Shown here in pieces: positions 18,549-28,052 of a stretch of 64,000 nucleotides of DNA. The stretch comes from Candidatus Moraniibacteriota bacterium (lineage in GTDB: Bacteria > Patescibacteriota > Minisyncoccia > Moranbacterales > UBA1568). Position 1 is the stretch's first letter. Each line of letters begins with the position of its first letter. Location of the stretch: NCBI GenBank assembly GCA_028711705.1, contig JAQTRS010000003.1, positions 27,818 to 91,817 of the forward strand, written 5' to 3'. Under the pieces are notes generated by a model. It worked only from the letters and a program-made list of their open reading frames with translations, was not told the DNA's origin and ran no database searches. The position numbers were made by a program, and so were the translations under genes.

Positions 18549-19235
18549 CTATACCAGCGAACTCAGCTCGATATCCTTGATATTATTGGTCAATGTCGTG
18601 GAGAATAACGATGGGTTATAGGTATTGTAGAGCAATTCGATAGTCTCTTCCGTGTTCAGTGCCGCAACTTTCACGCCGGTCCCGGAAAGCCCCATGGTCA
18701 CGTGATCCACGCGTTGCCAGAGTTGGTTCTTATAGGTTTCAAAGAGTTCTCGCTGTTCATGTATGGCTTGTTTGGGATTAAGGATATTGCCTATCTTCTC
18801 AAAAAAGCCGCTATGTTCATCCTCGATAGCTGCGAAAGGCACGATAACATAGAAATACTTCGACATGATGTCGGATACTTCCGTAAGATTCTTGATAAAA
18901 TGTTGATACTCGGATATCTGAAGCCGCAAAAGCTCATTCATCTGCTCTTCCTCCTTTTCCTTGAGGAGCTGCAAATAGGGCTCTATATTGAATCTGCGAG
19001 AATGGATAAGCACCTGCACCGGAAAATCCAATGAATTGAGAAAAGCTTGGTACTGAGAAATGATAGCATCCTGCTCTTCGGTCGATTTCAGATCGAAATT
19101 CAGAGAGGATACTAAAAGAATAGCGCGCAAACCCCCGTTTCGCAGGACGACCACACCATCGCGAACCTCCTTCACATCGACGTATTGTTGTGTGCTCGCA
19201 TTCGATGATTTTTTGTTTTTCTGGGAACTCTCCAT
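18549..19235 (-). CDS. hypothetical protein, candidate detached N-terminal domain of VirB4
   Basis: 228 aa with no TM. Lies immediately upstream of the ATPase ORF, which at 605 aa is short for a VirB4. The segment VVLRNGGLRAILLVSSLNFDLKSTEEQDAIISQYQAFLNSL resembles a VirB4 N-terminal region. Confidence 0.4.
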   Translation of the reverse strand: MESSQKNKKSSNASTQQYVDVKEVRDGVVVLRNGGLRAILLVSSLNFDLKSTEEQDAIISQYQAFLNSLDFPVQVLIHSRRFNIEPYLQLLKEKEEEQMNELLRLQISEYQHFIKNLTEVSDIMSKYFYVIVPFAAIEDEHSGFFEKIGNILNPKQAIHEQRELFETYKNQLWQRVDHVTMGLSGTGVKVAALNTEETIELLYNTYNPSLFSTTLTNNIKDIELSSLV

Positions 19236-19250
19236 AAGATAGCTGCTTGA

Positions 19251-19649
19251 TTATTTTTGATTGTCGACTATTTTCGCCAGACGACTCACTTCATCCGCTG
19301 TCACCACTTTCTGCACGCTCACTATATGTGCCTCAGGCGTTTCCTTCACCTTCTTCGCGGATATGACTTTTGTAGGACGGTCCCATACATACACCTTCGG
19401 ACGCACTATGAACAGTATAGCATTGCCGATAAAGACGATGAGGGGCTGATTATACGGCCGATAGAAAGCGAGCGCCACAAAAATGCACACTACCGGCACG
19501 GCCGCTATAAAAAAAGCGAGCGGGTCATAGATATTCCAGAGTATCATGAGTACAGCAACCATGCCGATCATCCAAAGCAGCTGTTTCACGGTCAAAGGAC
19601 CTGCCACCTTATCTTCGACATCGATATATTGTGGGACATTGAATAGCAT
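19251..19649 (-). CDS. PrgI/VirB3-like small membrane protein
   Basis: 132 aa with two TM helices. Its position upstream of VirB4 matches Gram-positive conjugation loci. Confidence 0.45.
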   Translation of the reverse strand: MLFNVPQYIDVEDKVAGPLTVKQLLWMIGMVAVLMILWNIYDPLAFFIAAVPVVCIFVALAFYRPYNQPLIVFIGNAILFIVRPKVYVWDRPTKVISAKKVKETPEAHIVSVQKVVTADEVSRLAKIVDNQK

Positions 19650-19817
19650 AAGTGGAAGCGCTTTTTGAATAAAATGTTCACTACTCCGGAAAAAATGGCG
19701 TTGTGTCGTTCAAAACGCAACTTAGGTGAAGTTGTTTAGTGGCAACAAACAACAATTGCGGCTCTTGCTCGCCGACACGATGAATAGGAAATGCTACCTT
19801 TTCAGTATACCATACCT

Positions 19818-21116
19818 TTATTCATCCGATCGCAAATCCACGACGTTTTGCAATGCGGGAGGAATATCCCATACTTCTTTCTTCTGCGCGGTCGGCGATG
19901 GACCACTACTATAACCCAAACCGAAAGATGATTTCGCAGCCTTCGGTTTGAGCGAGGCGGCGCTTGTGGCTTGTTTTTCCGCCGGGAGCGTCTGCCCTGA
20001 TGAGAACTGGAATGCATCAGGTGAAGATGGATGAAGCGGCTTTAGTGTCAGAGGAGCAGCTTTTGGGGTAAATGAAGGCGTGCTTGAGAAATTTTTATCG
20101 GTAGCTGCTGACATTACGGACGAAGTCTGAGGCATGGCAGGAACAGATGGAGAGGATTTTGAAAAATTGAAGCTTTTGATGAATGGTGTCTGTGTCTTTG
20201 GAGGCATGGGAATTGATGACGCAGAGAAAGGTCTCGCTTCTGGCGCCGTAGCAGACGGAAAATCCTGATACGATTCCTGCATCTTGGCAGGCGCCGCCTT
20301 CGGAAGAGGGGCGGCTATGGGCTGCGCGGGCTTCGGCGCCGAAGTAGAGACAGATTTCGACAATGGCGGCATCGTCGGAGCGGCTGGAAATATGATCTCT
20401 TGCCTCTCTGCATCAATAGAAATCGGCTCATTCTCATCGAGTGATTTGAGTATCAATGAAATCTTCTCGCGGTCCTGCATCGTCAGATTCTTGGTATTTT
20501 CTGCCTGGAAAAGAAATTGCCCACGCTCAACGGAAGAGTGTTTCCGCGCGCCAACGATATCGCGGTAGGCACGCAGCCAGTTCCGCACCGATCCGCGTAC
20601 CAATTCTTTCTCGCTCCTGATTTTCAACCGGCTGCCGGTAACTTGCTGATCATTAAGACGGGAATACTTCGACAAAGCGTCAAGCAGGGCCATCTCCACA
20701 ATAGAGGCCTTTTTTACCGCCGCTTCTTCTGTCACCTTTTTTTCCGCCTTAAGCGTCAGTATTTCCGTTCGGATAAAATTCATAGCTGCCTCAACCTTAT
20801 CCTGCGGGAAATCCACATCATTTTTCAATGCGAGAGAGAATTGCTCGAGTGTTGTTTTCTTGAAATACAGCAATCGTAACAATGAGGCTGTTTTCATTGC
20901 AACATCATCGGTCAACTGCAGTAGCCCTTTCATTTTGAAAATCGCTTCAGCTACTAGTGGTGAACTTAGTGTTACATAAACATCCTCCGGAACATCACGA
21001 AGATTCATCCACATCGCCACACGCTCTGGTTGCGTCAAATACACCCCATTAGGGTGGATATTTACCAATAAAGGATCGAATTTCAACGCATCATTATTTG
21101 TCATAGAATCATTCAT
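19818..21116 (-). CDS. hypothetical protein with Pro/Ser/Ala-rich low-complexity C-terminal half
   Basis: 432-aa ORF with no TM or catalytic motifs. Lies between the VirB6-like and VirB3-like genes. Confidence 0.5.
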   Translation of the reverse strand: MNDSMTNNDALKFDPLLVNIHPNGVYLTQPERVAMWMNLRDVPEDVYVTLSSPLVAEAIFKMKGLLQLTDDVAMKTASLLRLLYFKKTTLEQFSLALKNDVDFPQDKVEAAMNFIRTEILTLKAEKKVTEEAAVKKASIVEMALLDALSKYSRLNDQQVTGSRLKIRSEKELVRGSVRNWLRAYRDIVGARKHSSVERGQFLFQAENTKNLTMQDREKISLILKSLDENEPISIDAERQEIIFPAAPTMPPLSKSVSTSAPKPAQPIAAPLPKAAPAKMQESYQDFPSATAPEARPFSASSIPMPPKTQTPFIKSFNFSKSSPSVPAMPQTSSVMSAATDKNFSSTPSFTPKAAPLTLKPLHPSSPDAFQFSSGQTLPAEKQATSAASLKPKAAKSSFGLGYSSGPSPTAQKKEVWDIPPALQNVVDLRSDE

Positions 21117-21154
21117 GTTTGTTTTTCAAAAAGACACAGGTCTACACGCTATGA

Positions 21155-23245
21155 CTATGCCCTAGACTTAACCCCGCCAACTTCCCATGCAGACACGATA
21201 GCTTCCCTATTTTCTCTCGCCATGGCAGCATAGGCCTCCTTCTGGGATTGTTCTGTCTTGAATGTCATATAGTCGATGAAATCCCTACTAATAAGCATCG
21301 TCTCATCTTGTTTCGCCATATCGTTCGCGCTAATCTTATTGAACACGTCAGCATAGGCTTTCTGCTGTGCAGCAGGTGTTATAGGTCCGGCGGCTTTGAG
21401 ACTATTCAGGTTGGACTGAACGCGAATATGGGCTTGACCCTGCTCCACGAGTCGCTTATCATACATCTTTTTCAAATCCCCGGTAGCGGCAATATCTATC
21501 ATCTCCTTACCGGAAGCATCTTTCATAACATTACCATTGGCATCCTTCTGTTTAATCTGCAATTGAGCAAGCACTTTATCATACCCTTCGCCGTTAGCAC
21601 CCAAAGCTCCCTTCTCAGCCTTGGCCACCATATCACCTAATAATTTCTGATTGCCATTAGCGTTAAGAATCTCAAGTGACTTTTCAAAATCACCTGCACT
21701 TTGAAGCACTGACTTCGGAGCTTTGGCGATAATACCCTTGGCCGCAGAAAGATCCTTACCCACCGCCTGCAAGGCCATCTGGAAATCACCAGCACCCGTG
21801 AGCGCTTCTTTTTCGGAAAGATACAAAGCGGCCGCCTTTTTCTTTTCAGGGGAAAATTTTTTATCACGCAGCATCGCTTGCGCTTGCGTCACATTACCAA
21901 GCTTCTTCAATGACTCCTGCTCAGCAGCCACCCGCTTCGCAAAAGCCGCATCCAATGCGTTCGCATGAGCCACAGTGCCCCCAGCAAGCAATGCAGCCAC
22001 ATTACCCTCACGTCTTTCCTGTGCCCGTCTCGCATCGCTTCCGAACATCATACGCCTATCTTTCCAAGCCTGTTTCACACCACCAGGAACACCGGTCCAG
22101 TTGGCAGCCCCTTTGGCGCCGCGCCATGGCTGGCGACCCGCCCATTTCACGAACATACTGCCATATTTGGTACCGGTATAACCAAGTTCACTGCTCATCT
22201 TTTCGGCGGAAGTGATAGCGATCCAAAAAAGAATGATTGGAACAGCAAAATACACAAGGGTCACCAAGATATCGGTGTTTATAGAGCCCGTATTCGCACC
22301 CATACCCTGAAATGTCGTTGCCATACCCATCTTCCAATTCTGCATCTGGCCAAGCACGCGGATACTCACCAACACCATAAATACCGCTATCGGTCCGTAC
22401 GAGGCATACTGAAACAACTTATCCCACCACTTCTTGGCATAGCCTTGGGTAATTGGGGCGGCCATACCAGCAAATCCGATTGGGGAAAACATCACCAATA
22501 TCGGCAAGGCCACTAAGCGGACAAGCAACATAAGCGAAAGCACGAGCAGGGTGATCATAAAGATGAACATCACGATGATAGCGAGGAAAATGAGCGCCCA
22601 ATCTGACTTAGCCCCTTGAGGCAGAAAAATCTTTTCCAATTGAGCGCCTCCTAAAATACCGCTCGCTGCCGCCGGACCCGTCGTTTGAAACACCGACTGC
22701 ACGAAAAAATACATCATGCTATTGAAGAAGTCGATAATGGTGCGAGAAATAGGCCAGCTGAAATTTACCAGCAAAGCCATGATGATCACCATCCACAAGA
22801 TGCGGTTATATTTATATTTATCCACCTGATAGATGGTGGCGAATGCCGAGAAAAGCAGGACGAGAATGAAGAGCATGTTCATGGTATCGCGGACGATTTT
22901 CCAGATTTCATAAAACACCCCATTATTCATGATACTGGAAAACGAATTCGGATCGAGGATATAGGCAAATAACACGGCGGCAGCATTGGCAAGACCGGCC
23001 TCGACACTCAGCAAGGCCACTGCAGCCGGCTTCAGCATCGAATCGATTCCGATTCCGATATCCGCTCCCACCTTCTCCCACGGACAGCTGCCATCATCCA
23101 AACTCTTCGTCCACCAACCGCAATCAGCGTGCGCTTGAGGCACCGCAAAAACAAACATCGACGAGAAGAGGAATACGGAAAGGAATACGGAAAAAACCTT
23201 CTTATACTGAATAAAAAGGTGAGAAACCTTGAATTGTATTTTCAT
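21155..23245 (-). CDS. VirB6/TrbL-like polytopic membrane protein with long hydrophilic C-terminal domain
   Basis: Signal-like N-terminus (start set at MKIQFK). At least 6 TM helices in the first ~400 aa. The rest is hydrophilic and K/A-rich. Confidence 0.55.
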   Translation of the reverse strand: MKIQFKVSHLFIQYKKVFSVFLSVFLFSSMFVFAVPQAHADCGWWTKSLDDGSCPWEKVGADIGIGIDSMLKPAAVALLSVEAGLANAAAVLFAYILDPNSFSSIMNNGVFYEIWKIVRDTMNMLFILVLLFSAFATIYQVDKYKYNRILWMVIIMALLVNFSWPISRTIIDFFNSMMYFFVQSVFQTTGPAAASGILGGAQLEKIFLPQGAKSDWALIFLAIIVMFIFMITLLVLSLMLLVRLVALPILVMFSPIGFAGMAAPITQGYAKKWWDKLFQYASYGPIAVFMVLVSIRVLGQMQNWKMGMATTFQGMGANTGSINTDILVTLVYFAVPIILFWIAITSAEKMSSELGYTGTKYGSMFVKWAGRQPWRGAKGAANWTGVPGGVKQAWKDRRMMFGSDARRAQERREGNVAALLAGGTVAHANALDAAFAKRVAAEQESLKKLGNVTQAQAMLRDKKFSPEKKKAAALYLSEKEALTGAGDFQMALQAVGKDLSAAKGIIAKAPKSVLQSAGDFEKSLEILNANGNQKLLGDMVAKAEKGALGANGEGYDKVLAQLQIKQKDANGNVMKDASGKEMIDIAATGDLKKMYDKRLVEQGQAHIRVQSNLNSLKAAGPITPAAQQKAYADVFNKISANDMAKQDETMLISRDFIDYMTFKTEQSQKEAYAAMARENREAIVSAWEVGGVKSRA

Positions 23246-23450
23246 TTTTTGCAGCACAGACGCTCTGCTAATGACTAAGATTTCATCACAATCGGAGTAT
23301 ACCACACAATGCAACGGGGTGCAAAAAAGGAATGACCTACTCGATCATCCCTTTTCTTGGGTCTTACGGTAAACTTCGTCGCAAGCTTATTTTTATGCCT
23401 TCTTGAGTATCATATCCTCCCTTGCTAAAATATTTCCTTAAGCCTTCTTT

Positions 23451-24641
23451 TTAATACACGTATCCCTTTATAGAACGGCTCGCTATCGGAATAACACGAC
23501 GATTCACCTTACCCCAACCTTTGTAGTTCATCTCGCTCACCGTAATGGTGCCGCTCCCGACACTTTCCACCAAGGCGACGTGCCCATAATACGGGCTGTC
23601 CGTCGTTACCACGATCGACCCGACCGTAGGGGATTTACCGGTCTTATATCCTTGCGCCTTCGCATTATACAGCCAGGTTCCCGCATTGCCGCCCCATGGC
23701 ACATAGCGTTTCTGCGCCACATACCACGTACAATACCCATACGGGAAGCGATGGCCAGTGCCTGCCTTACCCTCAAGTTTCTTCCATCCTGAAGAAATAT
23801 CGGTTGCGGTTCCCGCTCCGGAAGAGGTTGCATACTGACGACGGAGCGTATCGCTCGTGTCCGTCTGCGTCGGTTTTGGAATCTCCTTTTGTCCGTCCGG
23901 AATAACAATTTCCTGATCGTTTTTTATTTCGCCATTGGCAGGCAATTCATTGAATGCGATGATGCGACCCTTATCCGCATGATACTTCTGCGCGATAGAG
24001 TCCAAAGTCTCACCATTTTGCACCGTGTGCGTCACGCCGGCCACCGGCAGAATAAATATCTGGTCTCCCGGCTTGATGGCGTCAACATTCTCCAAGTCGT
24101 TCGCCCACAAGATAGTATTGACCGTAATAAAGTTTTTGGCAGCGATACCGCTCACGGTATCACCCTCCTTTACCGTATATATGCTCACGCCACCGTCTTC
24201 TTCCGGATCCTTCATGATACCGACCGAAGAAGCCACGATTTGACTTCCCTGTGATCCTGTTGACATATCAGCCACCGACAAGACCATATCTTTTTCTTCA
24301 GGATCCACCTTGGTAGACGCGCTCGCTAATGGCACGAGCGATAAGCTGTCTTTTTTACTTGCCTGACCGGCAATTTTATGTTTCGCAAGAGAAGCCTCAC
24401 CGGATTCATCCTGAAAATACCCTGATAAAAATCCGCCGGATTCATCGGTAGCGGCCACATTCGTTCCGGTTACCAAAAAAGCGCTTCCCACAACAACCGA
24501 AAGCGCTGAATAATTCCTGAACAAATGAAGGAAATAAAGCGTCTTGTGCTGTTTGAGATACTGTGTCAGACGTTTCTGGGCTCGATAGACTCGAGTCTGA
24601 AAGTCCCTAAACCTTAGCCGCTTGTGCTTGAAAGAATTCAA
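23451..24641 (-). CDS. membrane-anchored peptidoglycan hydrolase: two LysM domains plus a C-terminal CHAP domain
   Basis: LysM segments are YTVKEGDTVSGIAAKN and HTVQNGETLDSIAQKY. CHAP Cys is GYCTWYV and His is GHVALV. Confidence 0.8.
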   Translation of the reverse strand: MNSFKHKRLRFRDFQTRVYRAQKRLTQYLKQHKTLYFLHLFRNYSALSVVVGSAFLVTGTNVAATDESGGFLSGYFQDESGEASLAKHKIAGQASKKDSLSLVPLASASTKVDPEEKDMVLSVADMSTGSQGSQIVASSVGIMKDPEEDGGVSIYTVKEGDTVSGIAAKNFITVNTILWANDLENVDAIKPGDQIFILPVAGVTHTVQNGETLDSIAQKYHADKGRIIAFNELPANGEIKNDQEIVIPDGQKEIPKPTQTDTSDTLRRQYATSSGAGTATDISSGWKKLEGKAGTGHRFPYGYCTWYVAQKRYVPWGGNAGTWLYNAKAQGYKTGKSPTVGSIVVTTDSPYYGHVALVESVGSGTITVSEMNYKGWGKVNRRVIPIASRSIKGYVY

Positions 24642-24856
24642 GCCTGTGCGTAGAAGATTATTACTAATATGATCGATCCTTCAGTTAAGTTTACACCGTA
24701 GAGAACCAACACCCTCGTGTTTAAGCGGTGTCTCATTGGAGCAAACCCTAATTTTTATGTATTCCCATAGTACTAGACCCTCGGAATTTTGTCAATGTAA
24801 AATGACACAAAATTGCCATTTTTTGGCTTGTATAAAGCATATGGTACAATACGGGT

Positions 24857-25783
24857 ATGCCTACTATCCATACCTGGAAGCGCCGATTCCTTGAATACCT
24901 TGAGATCGAGCTCAACCGGTCGCTCAAAACCATAGAAAACTATGATCAGTGCCTGAATCAGTTTTTCATCTGGTCGAAAATCAAAAAACCACAGGATATC
25001 ACCACCGAGATGATACGGAAATACCGCCTTTTTCTCAATCATCCCTCCACCATCCATAAGGATGCTCTCAAAAAAAACTCCCAGTCGCATCACGTCATCA
25101 TCCTACGTACCTTCCTTAAATTCCTCACCAAACAAGAACTCTCCGTTGTATCGCCTGAAAAAATTGAGGTGGGCAAGTCGCCCATGCGGCAAGTGGACTT
25201 CTTAGAACTCGAGGAAATCGAGCGGCTTTTCGCCGCCGCCTCGGGAAAAAGCTTCAAATCTCTCCGTGACAGAGCCATCCTCGAACTCCTTTTTTCCTCC
25301 GGGCTCCGTGTTTCCGAGCTGGTCAACCTCAACCGCGACCAGATCAACCTTGAAAAACAGGAATTCAGCGTCCGCGGCAAAGGCGGTAAGGTTCGACTCA
25401 TATTCCTCTCCATTCAAGCCAGACAGGCTCTGGAAGCTTATCTACACAAACGAAGCGATGTCGATCAGGCTCTTTTCGTCGCCTATTCGAAGGGCTTTGG
25501 AAAAAAAACAAACGATGCTGAGCTTCGTCTCACGCCCCGTACCATACAACGCATCGTCAAATACTATACGCTTAAAGCCGGCATCGTAAAAGATGTCCAC
25601 CCGCACACGCTGCGACACAGCTTCGCCACCGACCTTCTTGCCAATGGCGCCGATATCCGCAGCGTACAGGCTATGCTCGGGCACGCTTCCATCACCACAA
25701 CCCAGGTCTACACCCACGTCGTCGACAAAGGCCTTCGCGAAATCTACAAGCAATTCCACGGAAAAAGAACTAAAAAGGGCTGA
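24857..25783 (+). CDS. tyrosine site-specific recombinase (XerC/XerD family)
   Basis: Catalytic region HPHTLRHSFATDLLANGADIRSVQAMLGHASITTTQVYTHV carries the R..H..R..Y residues. Confidence 0.85.
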   Translation: MPTIHTWKRRFLEYLEIELNRSLKTIENYDQCLNQFFIWSKIKKPQDITTEMIRKYRLFLNHPSTIHKDALKKNSQSHHVIILRTFLKFLTKQELSVVSPEKIEVGKSPMRQVDFLELEEIERLFAAASGKSFKSLRDRAILELLFSSGLRVSELVNLNRDQINLEKQEFSVRGKGGKVRLIFLSIQARQALEAYLHKRSDVDQALFVAYSKGFGKKTNDAELRLTPRTIQRIVKYYTLKAGIVKDVHPHTLRHSFATDLLANGADIRSVQAMLGHASITTTQVYTHVVDKGLREIYKQFHGKRTKKG

Positions 25784-25819
25784 ATTTTCAATAGCCTTGT
25801 ATGCTCATTACACACACTG

Positions 25820-28003
25820 TCACAATTTTTTCAAAGGCACTAAAGCGATACTGATTTTTTTCAAGCCTTTCTTCTTGAAAGCGATAGTTGCGATATCATT
25901 CACCAGCGTCACGATAAGTCCCTGACCAAAATCCGGGTGGGTAATGGAATCCCCAGGACGGAAGGCATCCGATTTTGAGAAGAGTTTCGGCTTCCTTTTC
26001 TCCTGCTCTTCTGCAAAAGCGCTGAGCATCATATCCGATCGTTTCAATCGCTCCTCATTCACCAGCTCTTCCGGTATCTCGGAAACGAAACGTGATGGGG
26101 GATTGATCTGAGTCGAACCGAAAATGGTGCGCTGATCGGCGAAGAGAAGATAGATTTTCTGCTTCGCGCGAGTGAGCGCCACATACATGAGCCGCCTTTC
26201 CTCCTCAAGCTCATGTTGTGAAAAAGCGCTTCGCGAATGCGGAAAAATCCCTTCCTCCAAACCGATAACGAAAATAACCGGGAATTCCAATCCCTTGGAA
26301 CTGTGTACGGTCATTAGGTGTATGGCTGGTTGTTTTTGATCAATGGAATCCGTGTCGGAAGCGAGCATCACCTCTTCCAAAAAGGCGTTCAGCGCCTCTT
26401 GGGTATCATATTCGTCATACTTTTTAGCAACGCTCAAAAGCTCCCGCACATTCTCCTGGCGAGCCTCTCCTTCGCTCGTCTTATCATCAAGACTCTTCAG
26501 ATAACCACTCTTCTTCAGGATATGACCGATGAGATGGAAGAGTGATTTCGAAGTTTCGATCGTTTTGTGAAATCCTTGTATCAATTCGCAAAAAGCATGA
26601 ATCGATCGTAGCTTAACCTCCCGTAAACCGCTTTCCTCGGCCGTTATGCAAAATCCGGACTCAAGCAGGTTCATGTCTTGGGACTGCGCATATGCGGACC
26701 ATTTCTCAAGTGTCGCCTTGCCTAAATTCCTTTTCGGCTCATTGATGATCCTTTCTAAGGCCAGGTTATCCAGCGGGTTTTTTGTCAATCGCAAATACGC
26801 GATAATATCCTTGATTTCTTTTCGCTGATAGAATTTGATACCGCCCACCACGCGATAGGGAAGCGACGCTCGCAAAAAGGCTTCTTCCATCATACGCGAC
26901 TGGGCATTGGTGCGGTATAACACAGCAAAGTCAGACATTGGTCGATGCTCTTCCTCTGCGCGCCGTATAACTTCCTGCACCACATATTCCGCCTCTTCCC
27001 GCTCATCGCGAGCCGAAAAAACGACAATCTTTTCACCCTCGACTAACTCTGTCCACATTTTTTTATGCCGCTGATTCTCATTGCGCGCAATCACACTCCC
27101 GGCTGCATCGAGAATAATCTGCGTAGAACGGTAATTCCGATCCAAGGTAATAATTTTCGCGTCAGCATAATCTTTTTCAAAATCCAAGATATTGCGAATA
27201 TCAGCCTGTCTCCAACCATAGATAGATTGATAGTCGTCTCCGATCACGAACAAATTGCGATGCCTTTTCGCGAGCAAGGTAATCAGCATATACTGGGAAT
27301 GGTTCGTATCCTGATACTCATCCACCATGATATAGCGGAAGAGATTCTGATATTTCTCCAAGACAGGCAGAAAGTCCTGCAAAAGCCTGACGGTCAGGAA
27401 AATAAGGTCGTCAAAATCCAATGTATTGGCGCATCGCAATTCCTTTTGGTATTCGCGGTACGCCTTCGCCACCTGTTCTTCGTAGTAGCTGCTGGCCGAA
27501 AGCGCGAACTGCTCTTCATCCAAGAGCTCGTTTTTGGCTTTAGATATGGCGCTCAATATGGAACGAGGCTGAATCTGATCCGTATTGATATCCAAAGACT
27601 TCATCACCTTTTTCATCAAAGATAGTTGGTCCTGATCATCGGAGATATTGAAATTTTTTCCATAGCCCAACACTTCGATTTCTTGGCGCAAAATTTTGGC
27701 GCAGATATTGTGGAAGGTGCCGATATGCGGCAATGCCTGCCGATGGGTGGCGTGTTCGCCAGTCATAGCCTCGAGAAGATGAGTGATACGCTCGCGCATT
27801 TCCTGCGAAGCCTTATTGGTGAAAGTGACGGCTAAAATATTATGCGGCGCGATATGCTTTTCATGCATCAAATACGCCAGACGATGGGTCAATGTCTTAG
27901 TCTTACCGGATCCGGCACCGGCCAAAATGAGCACCGGCCCATCCGTTGCCTTCATGGCGCGCAACTGTTCAGGATTGAGGCCTTTTTCTAAAAAATCTTT
28001 CAT
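25820..28003 (-). CDS. pcrA: ATP-dependent DNA helicase UvrD/PcrA family
   Basis: Residues ILAGAGSGKTKTLTHR with full SF1 helicase motifs. Start set at MKDFLEKGLNPEQ. Confidence 0.9.
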   Translation of the reverse strand: MKDFLEKGLNPEQLRAMKATDGPVLILAGAGSGKTKTLTHRLAYLMHEKHIAPHNILAVTFTNKASQEMRERITHLLEAMTGEHATHRQALPHIGTFHNICAKILRQEIEVLGYGKNFNISDDQDQLSLMKKVMKSLDINTDQIQPRSILSAISKAKNELLDEEQFALSASSYYEEQVAKAYREYQKELRCANTLDFDDLIFLTVRLLQDFLPVLEKYQNLFRYIMVDEYQDTNHSQYMLITLLAKRHRNLFVIGDDYQSIYGWRQADIRNILDFEKDYADAKIITLDRNYRSTQIILDAAGSVIARNENQRHKKMWTELVEGEKIVVFSARDEREEAEYVVQEVIRRAEEEHRPMSDFAVLYRTNAQSRMMEEAFLRASLPYRVVGGIKFYQRKEIKDIIAYLRLTKNPLDNLALERIINEPKRNLGKATLEKWSAYAQSQDMNLLESGFCITAEESGLREVKLRSIHAFCELIQGFHKTIETSKSLFHLIGHILKKSGYLKSLDDKTSEGEARQENVRELLSVAKKYDEYDTQEALNAFLEEVMLASDTDSIDQKQPAIHLMTVHSSKGLEFPVIFVIGLEEGIFPHSRSAFSQHELEEERRLMYVALTRAKQKIYLLFADQRTIFGSTQINPPSRFVSEIPEELVNEERLKRSDMMLSAFAEEQEKRKPKLFSKSDAFRPGDSITHPDFGQGLIVTLVNDIATIAFKKKGLKKISIALVPLKKL

Positions 28004-28052
28004 AGTCTTGGTATTATAGCACGGTTTTCGTCTCTCATGGTACACTATCTTT

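Noticed and set aside
21248-22516. Several plus-strand ORFs of 95-183 aa (His/Pro-rich)
   Set aside because: They are antisense to the VirB6-like gene. There is no RBS or domain logic.
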